Assembly: GCA_963729605.1 (NCBI GenBank)
Contig: CAVSNY010000007.1
Coordinates: 864,001-928,000 of the forward strand
Direction: 5' to 3'
DNA length: 64,000 nt
Origin: an uncultured Gammaproteobacteria bacterium
GTDB taxonomy: Bacteria; Pseudomonadota; Gammaproteobacteria; DRLM01
The translations under genes were made by a program, and so were the position numbers. Below are positions 12,418 through 21,299 of this stretch, piece by piece (position 1 is the first letter of the stretch; each line of letters opens with the position of its first letter). Below the pieces are notes generated by a model that was given only the letters and a program-made list of their open reading frames with translations, was not told where the DNA came from and searched no databases.

Positions 12418-13776
12418 TTGAGTGATAAACAAACAACCCTGTTGATCGTTGAAGACGACCCCGGCCTGCAAAGCCAGTTGCGCTGGAGCTTCGAGGGTTT
12501 CGACGTGGTGGTGGCCGGCGATCGCGTGGCGGCCCTGGCCGCGCTCAAAAAGCATCAGCCGCCGGTGGTGACCCTCGATTTGGGCCTGCCGCCCGACGCC
12601 GACGGGGCGAGCGAAGGGCTGGCCACCTTGGAGCAGATATTGGGCGCGGCGCCCGATACCAAGGTCATCGTCGTGTCCGGCAATGAAGACCGCGAAAACG
12701 CGGTGCGCGCCGTCGGTCTCGGCGCCTACGATTTCTATCAGAAACCCATCGACGCCGAGATACTCCGTCTGATCGTCGAGCGGGCCCATCACGTCTATGT
12801 GCTCGAACAGGAAAACCGGCGGCTGAGCGCCACCGCCAATTCGCCCTTGACGGGCCTGATCGCCAGCAGTCCGCAGATGTTGAAGGTGTGCCGCACCGTG
12901 GAAAAGGTGGCGCCCACCGATGCCACGACCTTGCTGTTGGGCGAGAGCGGCACCGGCAAGGAGGTCATCGCCCGCGCCCTGCACGATTTGAGTCCGCGCG
13001 CCAAGAACCGCTTCGTGGCGATCAACTGCGCGGCCATCCCCGACACCTTGCTGGAGAGCGAGTTGTTCGGTTACGAGAAAGGGGCCTTCACCGGCGCCGC
13101 CAAACAGACCCTCGGCAAAATCGAATATGCCAACGGCGGCACCCTGTTTCTCGATGAAGTGGGCGATATTCCCATGACGCTGCAGGTGAAGCTGCTGCGT
13201 TTTCTTCAAGAACGGATCATCGAGCGGCTGGGCGGGCGGCAGGAAATCCCGGTCGAGGTGCGGGTGGTGTGCGCCACCCATCAAGATTTGACCGCCTTGG
13301 TGAAGAGCGGCGAATTCCGCGAGGACTTGTATTACCGCATCAGCGAGATCACCATCCGCATCCCGCCTTTGCGCGAGCGCGAGGGCGATGCCTTGTTGTT
13401 GGCGCGGACCTTCCTCGACCGCTACAGCGAACAGCATCGCCGTAATCTGAAGGGTTTCGCCCACGACGCGGTGGCGGCCATCGAGGCCCACACCTGGCCC
13501 GGCAATGTGCGCGAGCTGGAAAATAAAATGAAGCGCGCGGTCATCATGGCCGAAGGCAATCGTCTCACCGCCGAAGAATTGGAATTGAGCGTGGCCGCGG
13601 GCGCGGGTGAGTTGAATCTCAATCTCCGCGAGGTGCGCGAAAAGGCGGAGCGCGCCGCCGTGCAGCGGGCCTTGAGTCTCTATCACGGCAACATCTCGCA
13701 GGCGGCCGAGGCCCTCGGCGTGAGCCGGCCCACGATGTATGACCTGATGAATAAATACGGGCTGAAATCCGCGTAA
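12418..13776 (+). CDS. prsR: PEP-CTERM-box sigma54 response regulator PrsR
   Basis: Receiver LIVEDD..LDLGLPP, GESGTGKE, GAFTGA, LFLDEVG, WPGNVRELEN, Fis-type HTH. Start could be 12391, 12409 or 12418. Confidence 0.92.
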   Translation: MSDKQTTLLIVEDDPGLQSQLRWSFEGFDVVVAGDRVAALAALKKHQPPVVTLDLGLPPDADGASEGLATLEQILGAAPDTKVIVVSGNEDRENAVRAVGLGAYDFYQKPIDAEILRLIVERAHHVYVLEQENRRLSATANSPLTGLIASSPQMLKVCRTVEKVAPTDATTLLLGESGTGKEVIARALHDLSPRAKNRFVAINCAAIPDTLLESELFGYEKGAFTGAAKQTLGKIEYANGGTLFLDEVGDIPMTLQVKLLRFLQERIIERLGGRQEIPVEVRVVCATHQDLTALVKSGEFREDLYYRISEITIRIPPLREREGDALLLARTFLDRYSEQHRRNLKGFAHDAVAAIEAHTWPGNVRELENKMKRAVIMAEGNRLTAEELELSVAAGAGELNLNLREVREKAERAAVQRALSLYHGNISQAAEALGVSRPTMYDLMNKYGLKSA

Positions 13777-13855
13777 AATCCGGCTCATGGCGGCGGATGG
13801 ACCTGCCTCCCGGCAGGAATCCGTGTTAAGCTGACGCCCCTCGGTAATCTGGGGG

Positions 13856-16642
13856 ATGCCCATGATCAAGCACACCCGCCTTTGGCGCAGCCTTGCCGGC
13901 GCCAGTCTGGCCCTCGTTTATATGGCCGCGGCGCAAGCGGCGCCCGTCGATCAATATTTGAAAGAGGCCAAGGAGTACCAGCAAAAGGGCGACCATCGGG
14001 CCGCGATCATCCAGCTCAAAAACGCCTTGCAGCAAGAGGCCGGCAATCGGGAGGCCCGCTTGCTGATCGCCCAGAGCTATATCCGCCTGGGTGACGGCGC
14101 CACCGCCGAAAAAGAATTGAAACGCGCCCGCGAATTGGGCGCCACCCCGGACCAGGTCTTGCCGCTGCTGGGCCAGGCTTACCTGCAACAACAGAAATTT
14201 CAGAAAATATTGGATGAACTGAAGACCGATAAAGCGGCCTCGCCCCGGTTGCAGGCCGCGGTGTTGTCGGTGCAGGGCACGGCGCAGATGGCGCTCGGCG
14301 ATTTTGCGCAGGCCAAGGAAAGATTCAGCGCCGCGCTCAAGTTGGATCCGATGGCGCAAGAGGCCTTGCTGGGCCAGGCGCGGGTGGCGCTGTTGCAGCA
14401 AAACCGCGCCGAGGCGGTGCAGCGGGTTGACGAGGTCATGAAAAAGCTGCCGCGGGTGGCCGACAGCTGGCTGGTCAAAGGCGAGTTGCACCGCGTCAAC
14501 GGCGAGGCCCAGCCGGCGATCGACGCTTATCAGCAGGCCCTGGCCCTCGAACCGGACAATCTGAATGCCCGCATCGGCCGGGCCATGATGCTGATCATTC
14601 AGCAGAAGTATCCGGCGGCGGAACAGGACCTCTCCGCGGTATTGCAAGTCGTCCCGAAACAGCCTATCGCCTTGTATCTGCGGGGCGTGGCCGCCTTCCA
14701 GCAGGGGAAGGCCCCCGCCGCGAAAGAGGCATTGCAGCAAGTGCTGGCGGTGGCGCCCAATCACATGCCCAGCCATTTGTTGCTGGGGGCCATTCAGTAC
14801 AGCACGGGCGAATTGGAATCGGCGGCGGAGTCGCTGAAGCGCTTCGTTATCGCAACCCCCGATCATGTGCCGGCCCGCAAGCTGTATGCCGCGGTGTTGC
14901 TCAAGCTCAAGCAGGCGGATCGCGCCGTCGAGACCTTGGATGTAGTGGCTAAACAAACGCCCGACGACCCGCAGCTGCTGGCCCTGCTGGGCAGCGCTTA
15001 CATGCAAAAAGGCGATTTGACCAGGGGCTTGGAATACCTCGAGCGGGCCGCCGCGGTGGCGCCCGACGCGGCGGCGATCCGCACTCAGCTGGCCTTGGGT
15101 TATTTGGCGTCGGGCGAAAGTTCCCAGGCGGTTTCAGAACTGGAATCGGCGGTGGATCTGGGGCAAGGCTTGGTACAGGCCGACATGCTGCTGGTATTTA
15201 CTCATTTGCAGCGCCGTGAATTCGACGAGGCCATCAAGGCGGCGCATGCCCTCGCCAAGAAGACCCCCGCCAGCCCCGTGCCGCTCAATATGCTAGGCGT
15301 GGCCTATTTGGGCAAGCAGGATACCGCCTCGGCCCGTAAACAATTCGATCAGGCCCTCAAGCTCGATCCGGCCTTCAGTCCGGCCCATATGAATCTGGCC
15401 AAGATCGACGAAGCGGCGGGTAAGATTCCCGATGCCAAAAAGCATTACCACGCCATTTTGGCCAAAGACGATAAACATGTCGGCGCCATGTTGGCGCTGG
15501 CCCGTTTGGCCGAGCAAAGCGGTAATCCGCAAGATGCGCTCACTTGGTTGGAGAACGCGCGCAACAAGGCCCCCGACGCCATCGAGCCGAGCCTGGTGCT
15601 GGTGCAATACCATCTGCAACACGGCGCCGCGCCCAAGGCCTTGAGCGCGGCGCGGGAGTTGAGCAACCGTTATCCCGACCACCCCGCCGTCATCGAAACC
15701 CTGGGCAAGGCGCAAATGGCCAACGGCGAGGCCAGCAATGCCATGGCCAGTTTCCGCAAGCTGGTGGCTAAACATCCCAAGGCGTCGCAATCCCACTATC
15801 TTTTGGCCTCGGCCCAGGCGCTGGCCGGCGATACCAAGGCGGCGACCGCCAGTTTGAATAAATCGCTGGAGTTGCAGCCGGACTTCGTGCCGTCCTTGGT
15901 GGCTTTGGCGGGCATTAAAGCGGAGGCCGGGCAGCAGAAAGAGGCCCTCGACGCGGCGAAGCGTATCCAGAAACATTATCCCGACGCGGCGACGGGGCAC
16001 GAGGTGGAAGGCAATATCTACCTCAAGGATGGGAAATTCGCCGAAGCGGTGAAGGCCTATGAGGCGGCTTACAAGAAAGAGGCCACCGGGTCGCTGGCCG
16101 TGAAGCTTTATCAAGCGCGGCGCAGCCTCGGCGAGCCCAATCCCACCGAACCGCTCACGCGCTGGTTGAAGGCCAATCCCGACGATGTCGGGGTGACCAT
16201 GGCCCTGGCCATGGTGTACCAGAACGACAAGCGGGGCAAAGAGGCCATTCCTTATTACGAACGCGTCCTGAAAAAGCAGCCGGACAACGTGGTGGCCCTC
16301 AATAATCTGGCCTGGATATACCAGGAGGAAGGCGACAAGCGCGCGGCGGAGTATGCCGAACGTGCCTATCGTCTCAAGCCCGAGGACGCCCGTATCGCGG
16401 ATACCCTGGGGTGGTTGCTGGTGCAACGGGGCGGCGGTGATCTGGCGCGGGGGGTGACGGTGCTGCAAGAGGCCGTAATGCGCGCGCCGCATATTCCGGA
16501 GATTCGTTATCATTTGGCCGTGGGCTTGAATCAATCCGGCCGGCGTGATGAGGCGCGTAAGGAGTTGAAGCGGTTGTTGGATTCCAAGGATGCGTTTTCC
16601 GAGCGGCCCGCGGCTCAGGAATTGTTGAACAAGCTGCGCTGA
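13856..16642 (+). CDS. prsT: PEP-CTERM system TPR-repeat protein PrsT
   Basis: Signal peptide, AAIIQLKNALQ, many TPRs, ALNNLAW, DTLGWLL; conserved position after prsKR. Confidence 0.9.
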   Translation: MPMIKHTRLWRSLAGASLALVYMAAAQAAPVDQYLKEAKEYQQKGDHRAAIIQLKNALQQEAGNREARLLIAQSYIRLGDGATAEKELKRARELGATPDQVLPLLGQAYLQQQKFQKILDELKTDKAASPRLQAAVLSVQGTAQMALGDFAQAKERFSAALKLDPMAQEALLGQARVALLQQNRAEAVQRVDEVMKKLPRVADSWLVKGELHRVNGEAQPAIDAYQQALALEPDNLNARIGRAMMLIIQQKYPAAEQDLSAVLQVVPKQPIALYLRGVAAFQQGKAPAAKEALQQVLAVAPNHMPSHLLLGAIQYSTGELESAAESLKRFVIATPDHVPARKLYAAVLLKLKQADRAVETLDVVAKQTPDDPQLLALLGSAYMQKGDLTRGLEYLERAAAVAPDAAAIRTQLALGYLASGESSQAVSELESAVDLGQGLVQADMLLVFTHLQRREFDEAIKAAHALAKKTPASPVPLNMLGVAYLGKQDTASARKQFDQALKLDPAFSPAHMNLAKIDEAAGKIPDAKKHYHAILAKDDKHVGAMLALARLAEQSGNPQDALTWLENARNKAPDAIEPSLVLVQYHLQHGAAPKALSAARELSNRYPDHPAVIETLGKAQMANGEASNAMASFRKLVAKHPKASQSHYLLASAQALAGDTKAATASLNKSLELQPDFVPSLVALAGIKAEAGQQKEALDAAKRIQKHYPDAATGHEVEGNIYLKDGKFAEAVKAYEAAYKKEATGSLAVKLYQARRSLGEPNPTEPLTRWLKANPDDVGVTMALAMVYQNDKRGKEAIPYYERVLKKQPDNVVALNNLAWIYQEEGDKRAAEYAERAYRLKPEDARIADTLGWLLVQRGGGDLARGVTVLQEAVMRAPHIPEIRYHLAVGLNQSGRRDEARKELKRLLDSKDAFSERPAAQELLNKLR

Positions 16643-16659
16643 TATCTGATTAGGTCCGG

Positions 16660-16863
16660 TGTCGGGATCGTTTACAGCTTCGCCGGCTATAATTATCAAA
16701 GAAATTATAAAAGACGGTTTAATCGAAAAAGTTTCGTGAAGAACGTTTGAGGGGCTGTCGGATTAGTTTACACCACCTCTTTTCATGTACCGCGGAACGG
16801 CCCATATTTTACGATAACCTATTGTTAATTAATGGAAGAAAGAATATTGGTACGCGGCTTGCT
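16660..16863 (+). promoter_or_regulatory. Sigma54 promoter with two TGT-N11-ACA enhancer sites and an IHF-like site
   Basis: TGTCGGGATCGTTTACA (16660-16676), TGTCGGATTAGTTTACA (16756-16772), IHF-like TAACCTATTGTTA (16815-16827), -24/-12 TGGTACGCGGCTTGCT (GG 16849-50, GC 16861-62). Confidence 0.8.
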
Positions 16864-16929
16864 AATAATGAAGTAGGAGTATTAGGCTCTTAACATTACC
16901 GATTAGGCTTATAACGAGGAGTCAAGCCA

Positions 16930-17958
16930 ATGAAGAAGAAATTATTAGGTGCGGCGGTTTTTATGGCGCTGGGAATGGGTGGCGCCGCCCAAGCGGGTTT
17001 GGTTTTTGACGCTAACGGCGCACTGCCTGGTCAACAGGTCAACGTCGGCGCCTTTGACTGGGATCCGGCGGCGGTGTTGCTGGTGAATGGTAACCAAGCC
17101 GTTGCCAACTGGATTAACAATGAAATAAACGGCTTGCCTCATGGTGGTCCCGATGAGAGCCTGACCGTGCTCGCGCATACCCGCCTGGTTGCGACTTTTA
17201 CTGACAGCAATGTCGTCAATACCCCGAGCGGTTTGAATAGCAGCTACGAGATCACCGCGGTCATGGCCTTCGGTGAGACGGTGGCTGGCGTGTTCAGTCT
17301 TCCTGGTGGTACTACTAACATTGCCGCCTTTACCTTCGACCCTACCAATACCGTGAATTTCTTTGAAATTTATTATGACACCGCCATGAATGCCGACTAT
17401 CTGAGCGGGTTGGGTTTCAATGACGGCCAGATGATACTTTCCTCCACCGTCACCGCCACGACCGGTTTGTTCACGACCACGGGTCTTTCCGCTTTGCCCT
17501 TTGACTCCAGCCCGGACGGCGACCAATGGGGCGGCACCGGCAGCGTGGATGGTTCGGGCAGCAATTTCCCCATCACCATCGAAATTGGCGGACCTCTGAG
17601 CGTGGATCCCGCGTTCATCAAGAACCAGCTGACCAGCTTCATTTTGGCGAACGTGTCCTTGGAAACACCCTTCCTGACCATCAATCCGTCCAACTGCTTT
17701 GGCAATACGGCCAATCCGGTGATTGGTACGGCGGGTGGCGACGCTGATTGCGCGGACGCGTCTGATACCGTTCCCAATATCGGCACCATCAACGGTGGCT
17801 TGCCCATCGGTCCCGGTGGCGGTGGCCCCGACTTTATGGTCCAGACCGACTTCAACAACCCGGTCGCCGCCGTGCCTGAGCCCGGTACCTTGGCCCTGCT
17901 CGGACTGGGTTTGGCCGGCCTCGCTGCGCGTCTCCGCCGCCGTAACCAAGCAGTCTGA
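16930..17958 (+). CDS. PEP-CTERM sorting-domain surface protein
   Basis: Signal peptide ending AQA, Asn/Gly/Thr-rich body, C-terminal VPEPGTLALLGLGLAGLAARLRRR; GAGGAG RBS. Confidence 0.95.
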   Translation: MKKKLLGAAVFMALGMGGAAQAGLVFDANGALPGQQVNVGAFDWDPAAVLLVNGNQAVANWINNEINGLPHGGPDESLTVLAHTRLVATFTDSNVVNTPSGLNSSYEITAVMAFGETVAGVFSLPGGTTNIAAFTFDPTNTVNFFEIYYDTAMNADYLSGLGFNDGQMILSSTVTATTGLFTTTGLSALPFDSSPDGDQWGGTGSVDGSGSNFPITIEIGGPLSVDPAFIKNQLTSFILANVSLETPFLTINPSNCFGNTANPVIGTAGGDADCADASDTVPNIGTINGGLPIGPGGGGPDFMVQTDFNNPVAAVPEPGTLALLGLGLAGLAARLRRRNQAV

Positions 17959-17997
17959 GTTTTAAGCCTGGTTAAGTAATCGGTAATGTAAACTCTG

Positions 17998-18024
17998 AGG
18001 GGGCCGCAAGGCCCCCTTTTTTAT
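17998..18024 (+). terminator. Rho-independent terminator of the PEP-CTERM gene; its T-tract is also the ICE attL core
   Basis: AGGGGGCC-gcaa-GGCCCCCT-TTTTTAT. Confidence 0.85.
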
Positions 18025-18199
18025 TTCACCATGACTCCAGCACCGAACTTCGCTGGACTACGCCACAGCTCGTTGTGGCAGGTTTATCAAGAACTTACGT
18101 GAGTTCATCCTATGCCGGTGCTTTCCGAAACTTGACCCGGCTTCCGTCCGCTTGGCTCCTAACAGGCTCCTGGAAACCGTGTCTTTCCGAGGAGTCATC

Positions 18200-19399
18200 A
18201 TGGCCAAGATCAAACTCACCAAGTCCGCAGTCGATGCGGCACAACCCCAGGCGCAGCCCATCGAGCTGCGTGACACGCTTGTTCCCGGCTTCCTGTGCAA
18301 GATTACACCGGCCGGTCGCAAGGTCTTCATGCTCCAGTACCGGACGAATGCCGGCGAGCGCCGCAAGCCGGCGCTGGGCCTGTACGGAGAGCTGACCGTA
18401 GAGCAAGCCCGCTCGCTGGCGCAGAACTGGCTGGCTGAGGTTCGTCGGGGCGGCGATCCGGGCGCGGCCAAGACCGAGGCGCGCAAAGCGCCCACGGTCA
18501 AGGAACTCTGCGCGACGTTCATGGGGGACTACTCCAAGCAACGCAACAAGCCCAGTACGCAACGAGGCTATCAGGGCGTCATCGACCGCAACATCATCCC
18601 GATCCTGGGCCGCATGAAGGTGCAGGATGTGAAGCGCCCGGATGTCGCGGCGATGATGAAGAAGCTGGAGCACAAGCCGGCAGAGGCGAACCGCACCTTC
18701 AGCGTCATGCGCAAGATGTTCAACATGGCCGAGGTGTGGGGCCACCGGCCCGACGGCACGAACCCATGCCGTCACGTCCCGATGTATCCCGCTGGCAAGA
18801 CAACCCACCTCATCAGCGACGAGGAAATGAGCAAGCTGTTCAAGCAACTCGACAAGGTGGAAGCCGAGGGTATCGAGCCCTATGTCATCCCGCTGGCGAT
18901 CCGCCTGCAATTCGAGTTTGCGGCCCGCCGTTCCGAAATCGTGCTGCTCGAATGGGAGTGGATCGACCTGGAGAACCGCCGCGTGGTCTGGCCCGACAGC
19001 AAGACCGGCGGCATGTCCAAGCCCATGAGCGAGGAAGCCTACCGGTTGCTTTCGACAGCGCCGAGGCGGGAAGGCTCGCGCTATGTGCTGCCGTCGCCGC
19101 GCAATCCCCTCACGCACATGACCTATGGGGAGCATTACGGCGGTTGGAAGCGCACCCTCAAGGCGGCCGGCGTGACGCACGTCGGCACGCACGGCATCCG
19201 CCACCGCTCGGCCACCGATATCGCCAACTCGGGCATCCCGGTGAAGGTCGGCATGGTGCTGACCGCGCACAAGACCGTGGCGATGTTCATGCGCTACGTC
19301 CACACCGAGGACGACCCGGTGCGCCAGGCGGCGGAGCTGGTGGCAAACCGGCGCAAGACGATCACGGGTGCGCAGCGCCCTGCGGAGGTGGTCGCATGA
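18200..19399 (+). CDS. int: Tyrosine recombinase/integrase of the ICE
   Basis: MAKIKLTKSAVD arm-binding N-terminus, AARRSEI (R), DSKTG (K), HGIRH (HxxR), TAHKT..RYVH (H, Y); GAGGAG RBS before ATG 18200. Confidence 0.95.
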   Translation: MAKIKLTKSAVDAAQPQAQPIELRDTLVPGFLCKITPAGRKVFMLQYRTNAGERRKPALGLYGELTVEQARSLAQNWLAEVRRGGDPGAAKTEARKAPTVKELCATFMGDYSKQRNKPSTQRGYQGVIDRNIIPILGRMKVQDVKRPDVAAMMKKLEHKPAEANRTFSVMRKMFNMAEVWGHRPDGTNPCRHVPMYPAGKTTHLISDEEMSKLFKQLDKVEAEGIEPYVIPLAIRLQFEFAARRSEIVLLEWEWIDLENRRVVWPDSKTGGMSKPMSEEAYRLLSTAPRREGSRYVLPSPRNPLTHMTYGEHYGGWKRTLKAAGVTHVGTHGIRHRSATDIANSGIPVKVGMVLTAHKTVAMFMRYVHTEDDPVRQAAELVANRRKTITGAQRPAEVVA

Positions 19400-20565
19400 G
19401 CAAGAGAACGCTTTCCACGACGACCACGAAAAGCGCCGCAGTGCCAGCCGGCTATGCCGGCATCCACAGTGGCATCGTCGAATTGCTCGATGCCGCGCGC
19501 CAGGCGGCAGCACGCAGCGTCAATGCGTTGATGACGGCGAGCTATTGGGAGATCGGTCGTCGGATCATCGAAGCCGAGCAGCAGGGCAAGCGGCGAGCGG
19601 GGTACGGCGAGCAGTTGATCGCCCGGCTGTCCGCTGACCTGACCGCCCGGTTCGGGCGCGGTTTCAGCCCGGACAACCTGGAGAACATGCGGCGGTTCTT
19701 CCTCGCGTACTCCCGGTCTGCAATTTCCGAGACACTGTCTCGGAAATCTGGAAGCGAGCTGCCTGCCGGGAAATCCGAGGCAGTGTCTCGGAAATTGAAC
19801 CTCTCCGAGCTGGCGCAGGCGTTCACGCTGCCGTGGTCGGCCTACGTGCGGCTGCTGTCGGTCAAGGACGACCACGCCCGCCAGTTCTATGAAGCCGAAG
19901 CCCTGCGCGGTGGCTGGAGCGTGCGCCAGCTTGAACGGCAGATCAGCAGCCAGTTCTACGAGCGCACCGCGCTATCCAAAGACAAGGCCGCGATGCTGGT
20001 CAAGGGTGCGATGCCGAAGCCGGAAGATGCCGTCACGCCCGACGACGCGATCAAAGACCCGTATGTGCTGGAGTTCCTGGACCTCAAGGACGAGTATTCA
20101 GAGTCCGATCTTGAGCAGGCCCTGATCCATCGGCTGCAAGACTTCCTGCTCGAACTCGGCGAGGGGTTCACCTTCGTCGGGCGTCAGCGCCGGTTGCGCA
20201 TCGACCAGACTTGGTATCGGGTTGATCTGCTGTTCTTCCATCGCCGACTGCGCTGTTTGGTCATCATCGACTTGAAGCTCGGTAGCCTGACCCATGCCGA
20301 CGTGGGCCAGATGCACCTGTACTGCAACTATGCGAAGGAGCACTGGACGTTTCACGACGAGAACCCGCCCGTGGGCCTGATCCTCTGCGCCGACAAGGGC
20401 CACGCCTTGGCGCGGTATGCGCTGGAAGGATTGCCCACAAAGGTCATGGCAGCGAACTATCGAACCGTGCTGCCGGATGCCGAGCTGCTGCAAAAGGAAC
20501 TGGAGAACACGCGGCGCCTGCTGGAATCTCGCACAACGATTCGTCCCAAGCCTCGCCAACGATAA
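19396..20565 (+). CDS. DUF1016/YhcG-family PDDEXK nuclease-domain protein
   Basis: RSVNALMTASYWEIGRRI, LPWSAY, WSVRQLERQISSQFYER, KDPYVLEFL, LLELGEGFTFVGRQ, IDLK, GQMHLY; ATGA overlap with the int stop. Confidence 0.9.
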   Translation: MSKRTLSTTTTKSAAVPAGYAGIHSGIVELLDAARQAAARSVNALMTASYWEIGRRIIEAEQQGKRRAGYGEQLIARLSADLTARFGRGFSPDNLENMRRFFLAYSRSAISETLSRKSGSELPAGKSEAVSRKLNLSELAQAFTLPWSAYVRLLSVKDDHARQFYEAEALRGGWSVRQLERQISSQFYERTALSKDKAAMLVKGAMPKPEDAVTPDDAIKDPYVLEFLDLKDEYSESDLEQALIHRLQDFLLELGEGFTFVGRQRRLRIDQTWYRVDLLFFHRRLRCLVIIDLKLGSLTHADVGQMHLYCNYAKEHWTFHDENPPVGLILCADKGHALARYALEGLPTKVMAANYRTVLPDAELLQKELENTRRLLESRTTIRPKPRQR

Positions 20566-20644
20566 CGGTGCGTCCCGGCGTGCCGCCGCCGGGTTCGCGG
20601 GCTGCGCCCCGCGCTTTGTGCCGAATCGCGGCCATCCAGCTTTG

Positions 20645-20786
20645 ATCCCTGACGCCTCCGGCCCCTGAGTGCATGCGCGCTCCGCTTGCCTGTCCATGCC
20701 TTCTTGACCGGGATGAGTGGTCTTACTGTTCCCTTCACCGTATCACGGCGTGCTCGCCGTCAAGGGTGGCGCGTGCCTTGCGCGCT
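20645..20786 (+). repeat. Truncated copy 1 of the ICE ~240-bp intergenic repeat
   Basis: ATCCCTGACGCCTCCGGCCC...CTGTTCCCTTCACCGTATCACGGCG..CTCGCCGTCAAGGG, shared with the copies at 25908 and 26702. Confidence 0.85.
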
Positions 20787-20837
20787 GGCAGCCTACATGT
20801 GCTGCTCACTTTTTATTGTCTATGAGTAAACCCAATG

Positions 20838-20875
20838 GATGTACGATTGACGTACATCGTCAAAGCTCTTATCTT
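20838..20875 (+). promoter_or_regulatory. Sigma70-like promoter overlapped by two palindromes (putative operator)
   Basis: TTGACG(20847)-N17-TATCTT(20870); palindromes GATGTACG-N5-CGTACATC (20838-20858) and TTGACG-N5-CGTCAA (20847-20863). Confidence 0.65.
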
Positions 20876-20910
20876 GGGGCACAATAGCCTGTGCCGTTTC
20901 GAGGCGAAAT

Positions 20911-21234
20911 ATGACCGCAGCAGCCCATCATCCAGGGGAAGTTCTCGCCCAACGGCTTGAGGCTGTTGGTGTGTCGCCAACTGAGCTGGCACGTCAACTC
21001 GGCGTCCCAGCCAATAGGATCACTCAGATCATCAACGGCAAACGTGGGATCACCGGCGACTCAGCGCTACGCCTTGCCCACTGGTTTGGAGACGCCCCTC
21101 AGTTCTGGATGAACTTGCAAGTGCGGTGCGACTTGGAACTTGCGGAGGCTGAATCAGGAAGAGCAATCAGATTGCTCCCTACTGGCCCGACCGTTCGCGG
21201 CAATAAGGCCAACAAGCATGTGAAGACTACGTAG
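20911..21234 (+). CDS. HigA/VapI-family antitoxin-like Xre regulator with no adjacent toxin
   Basis: HPGEVL, ELARQLGVPANRITQIINGKRGITGDSALRLAHWFG, FWMNLQ. Confidence 0.88.
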   Translation: MTAAAHHPGEVLAQRLEAVGVSPTELARQLGVPANRITQIINGKRGITGDSALRLAHWFGDAPQFWMNLQVRCDLELAEAESGRAIRLLPTGPTVRGNKANKHVKTT

Positions 21235-21299
21235 GGAAGGACTTATGACAGGAAGGGGCTTGCTCACGTCAGCGAGTGTGTTTGGAGGGGGAACGGCGC

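Noticed and set aside
17960-18200. tRNA/tmRNA gene at the integration site
   Set aside because: No cloverleaf or T-loop motif seen; this family uses T-rich targets.
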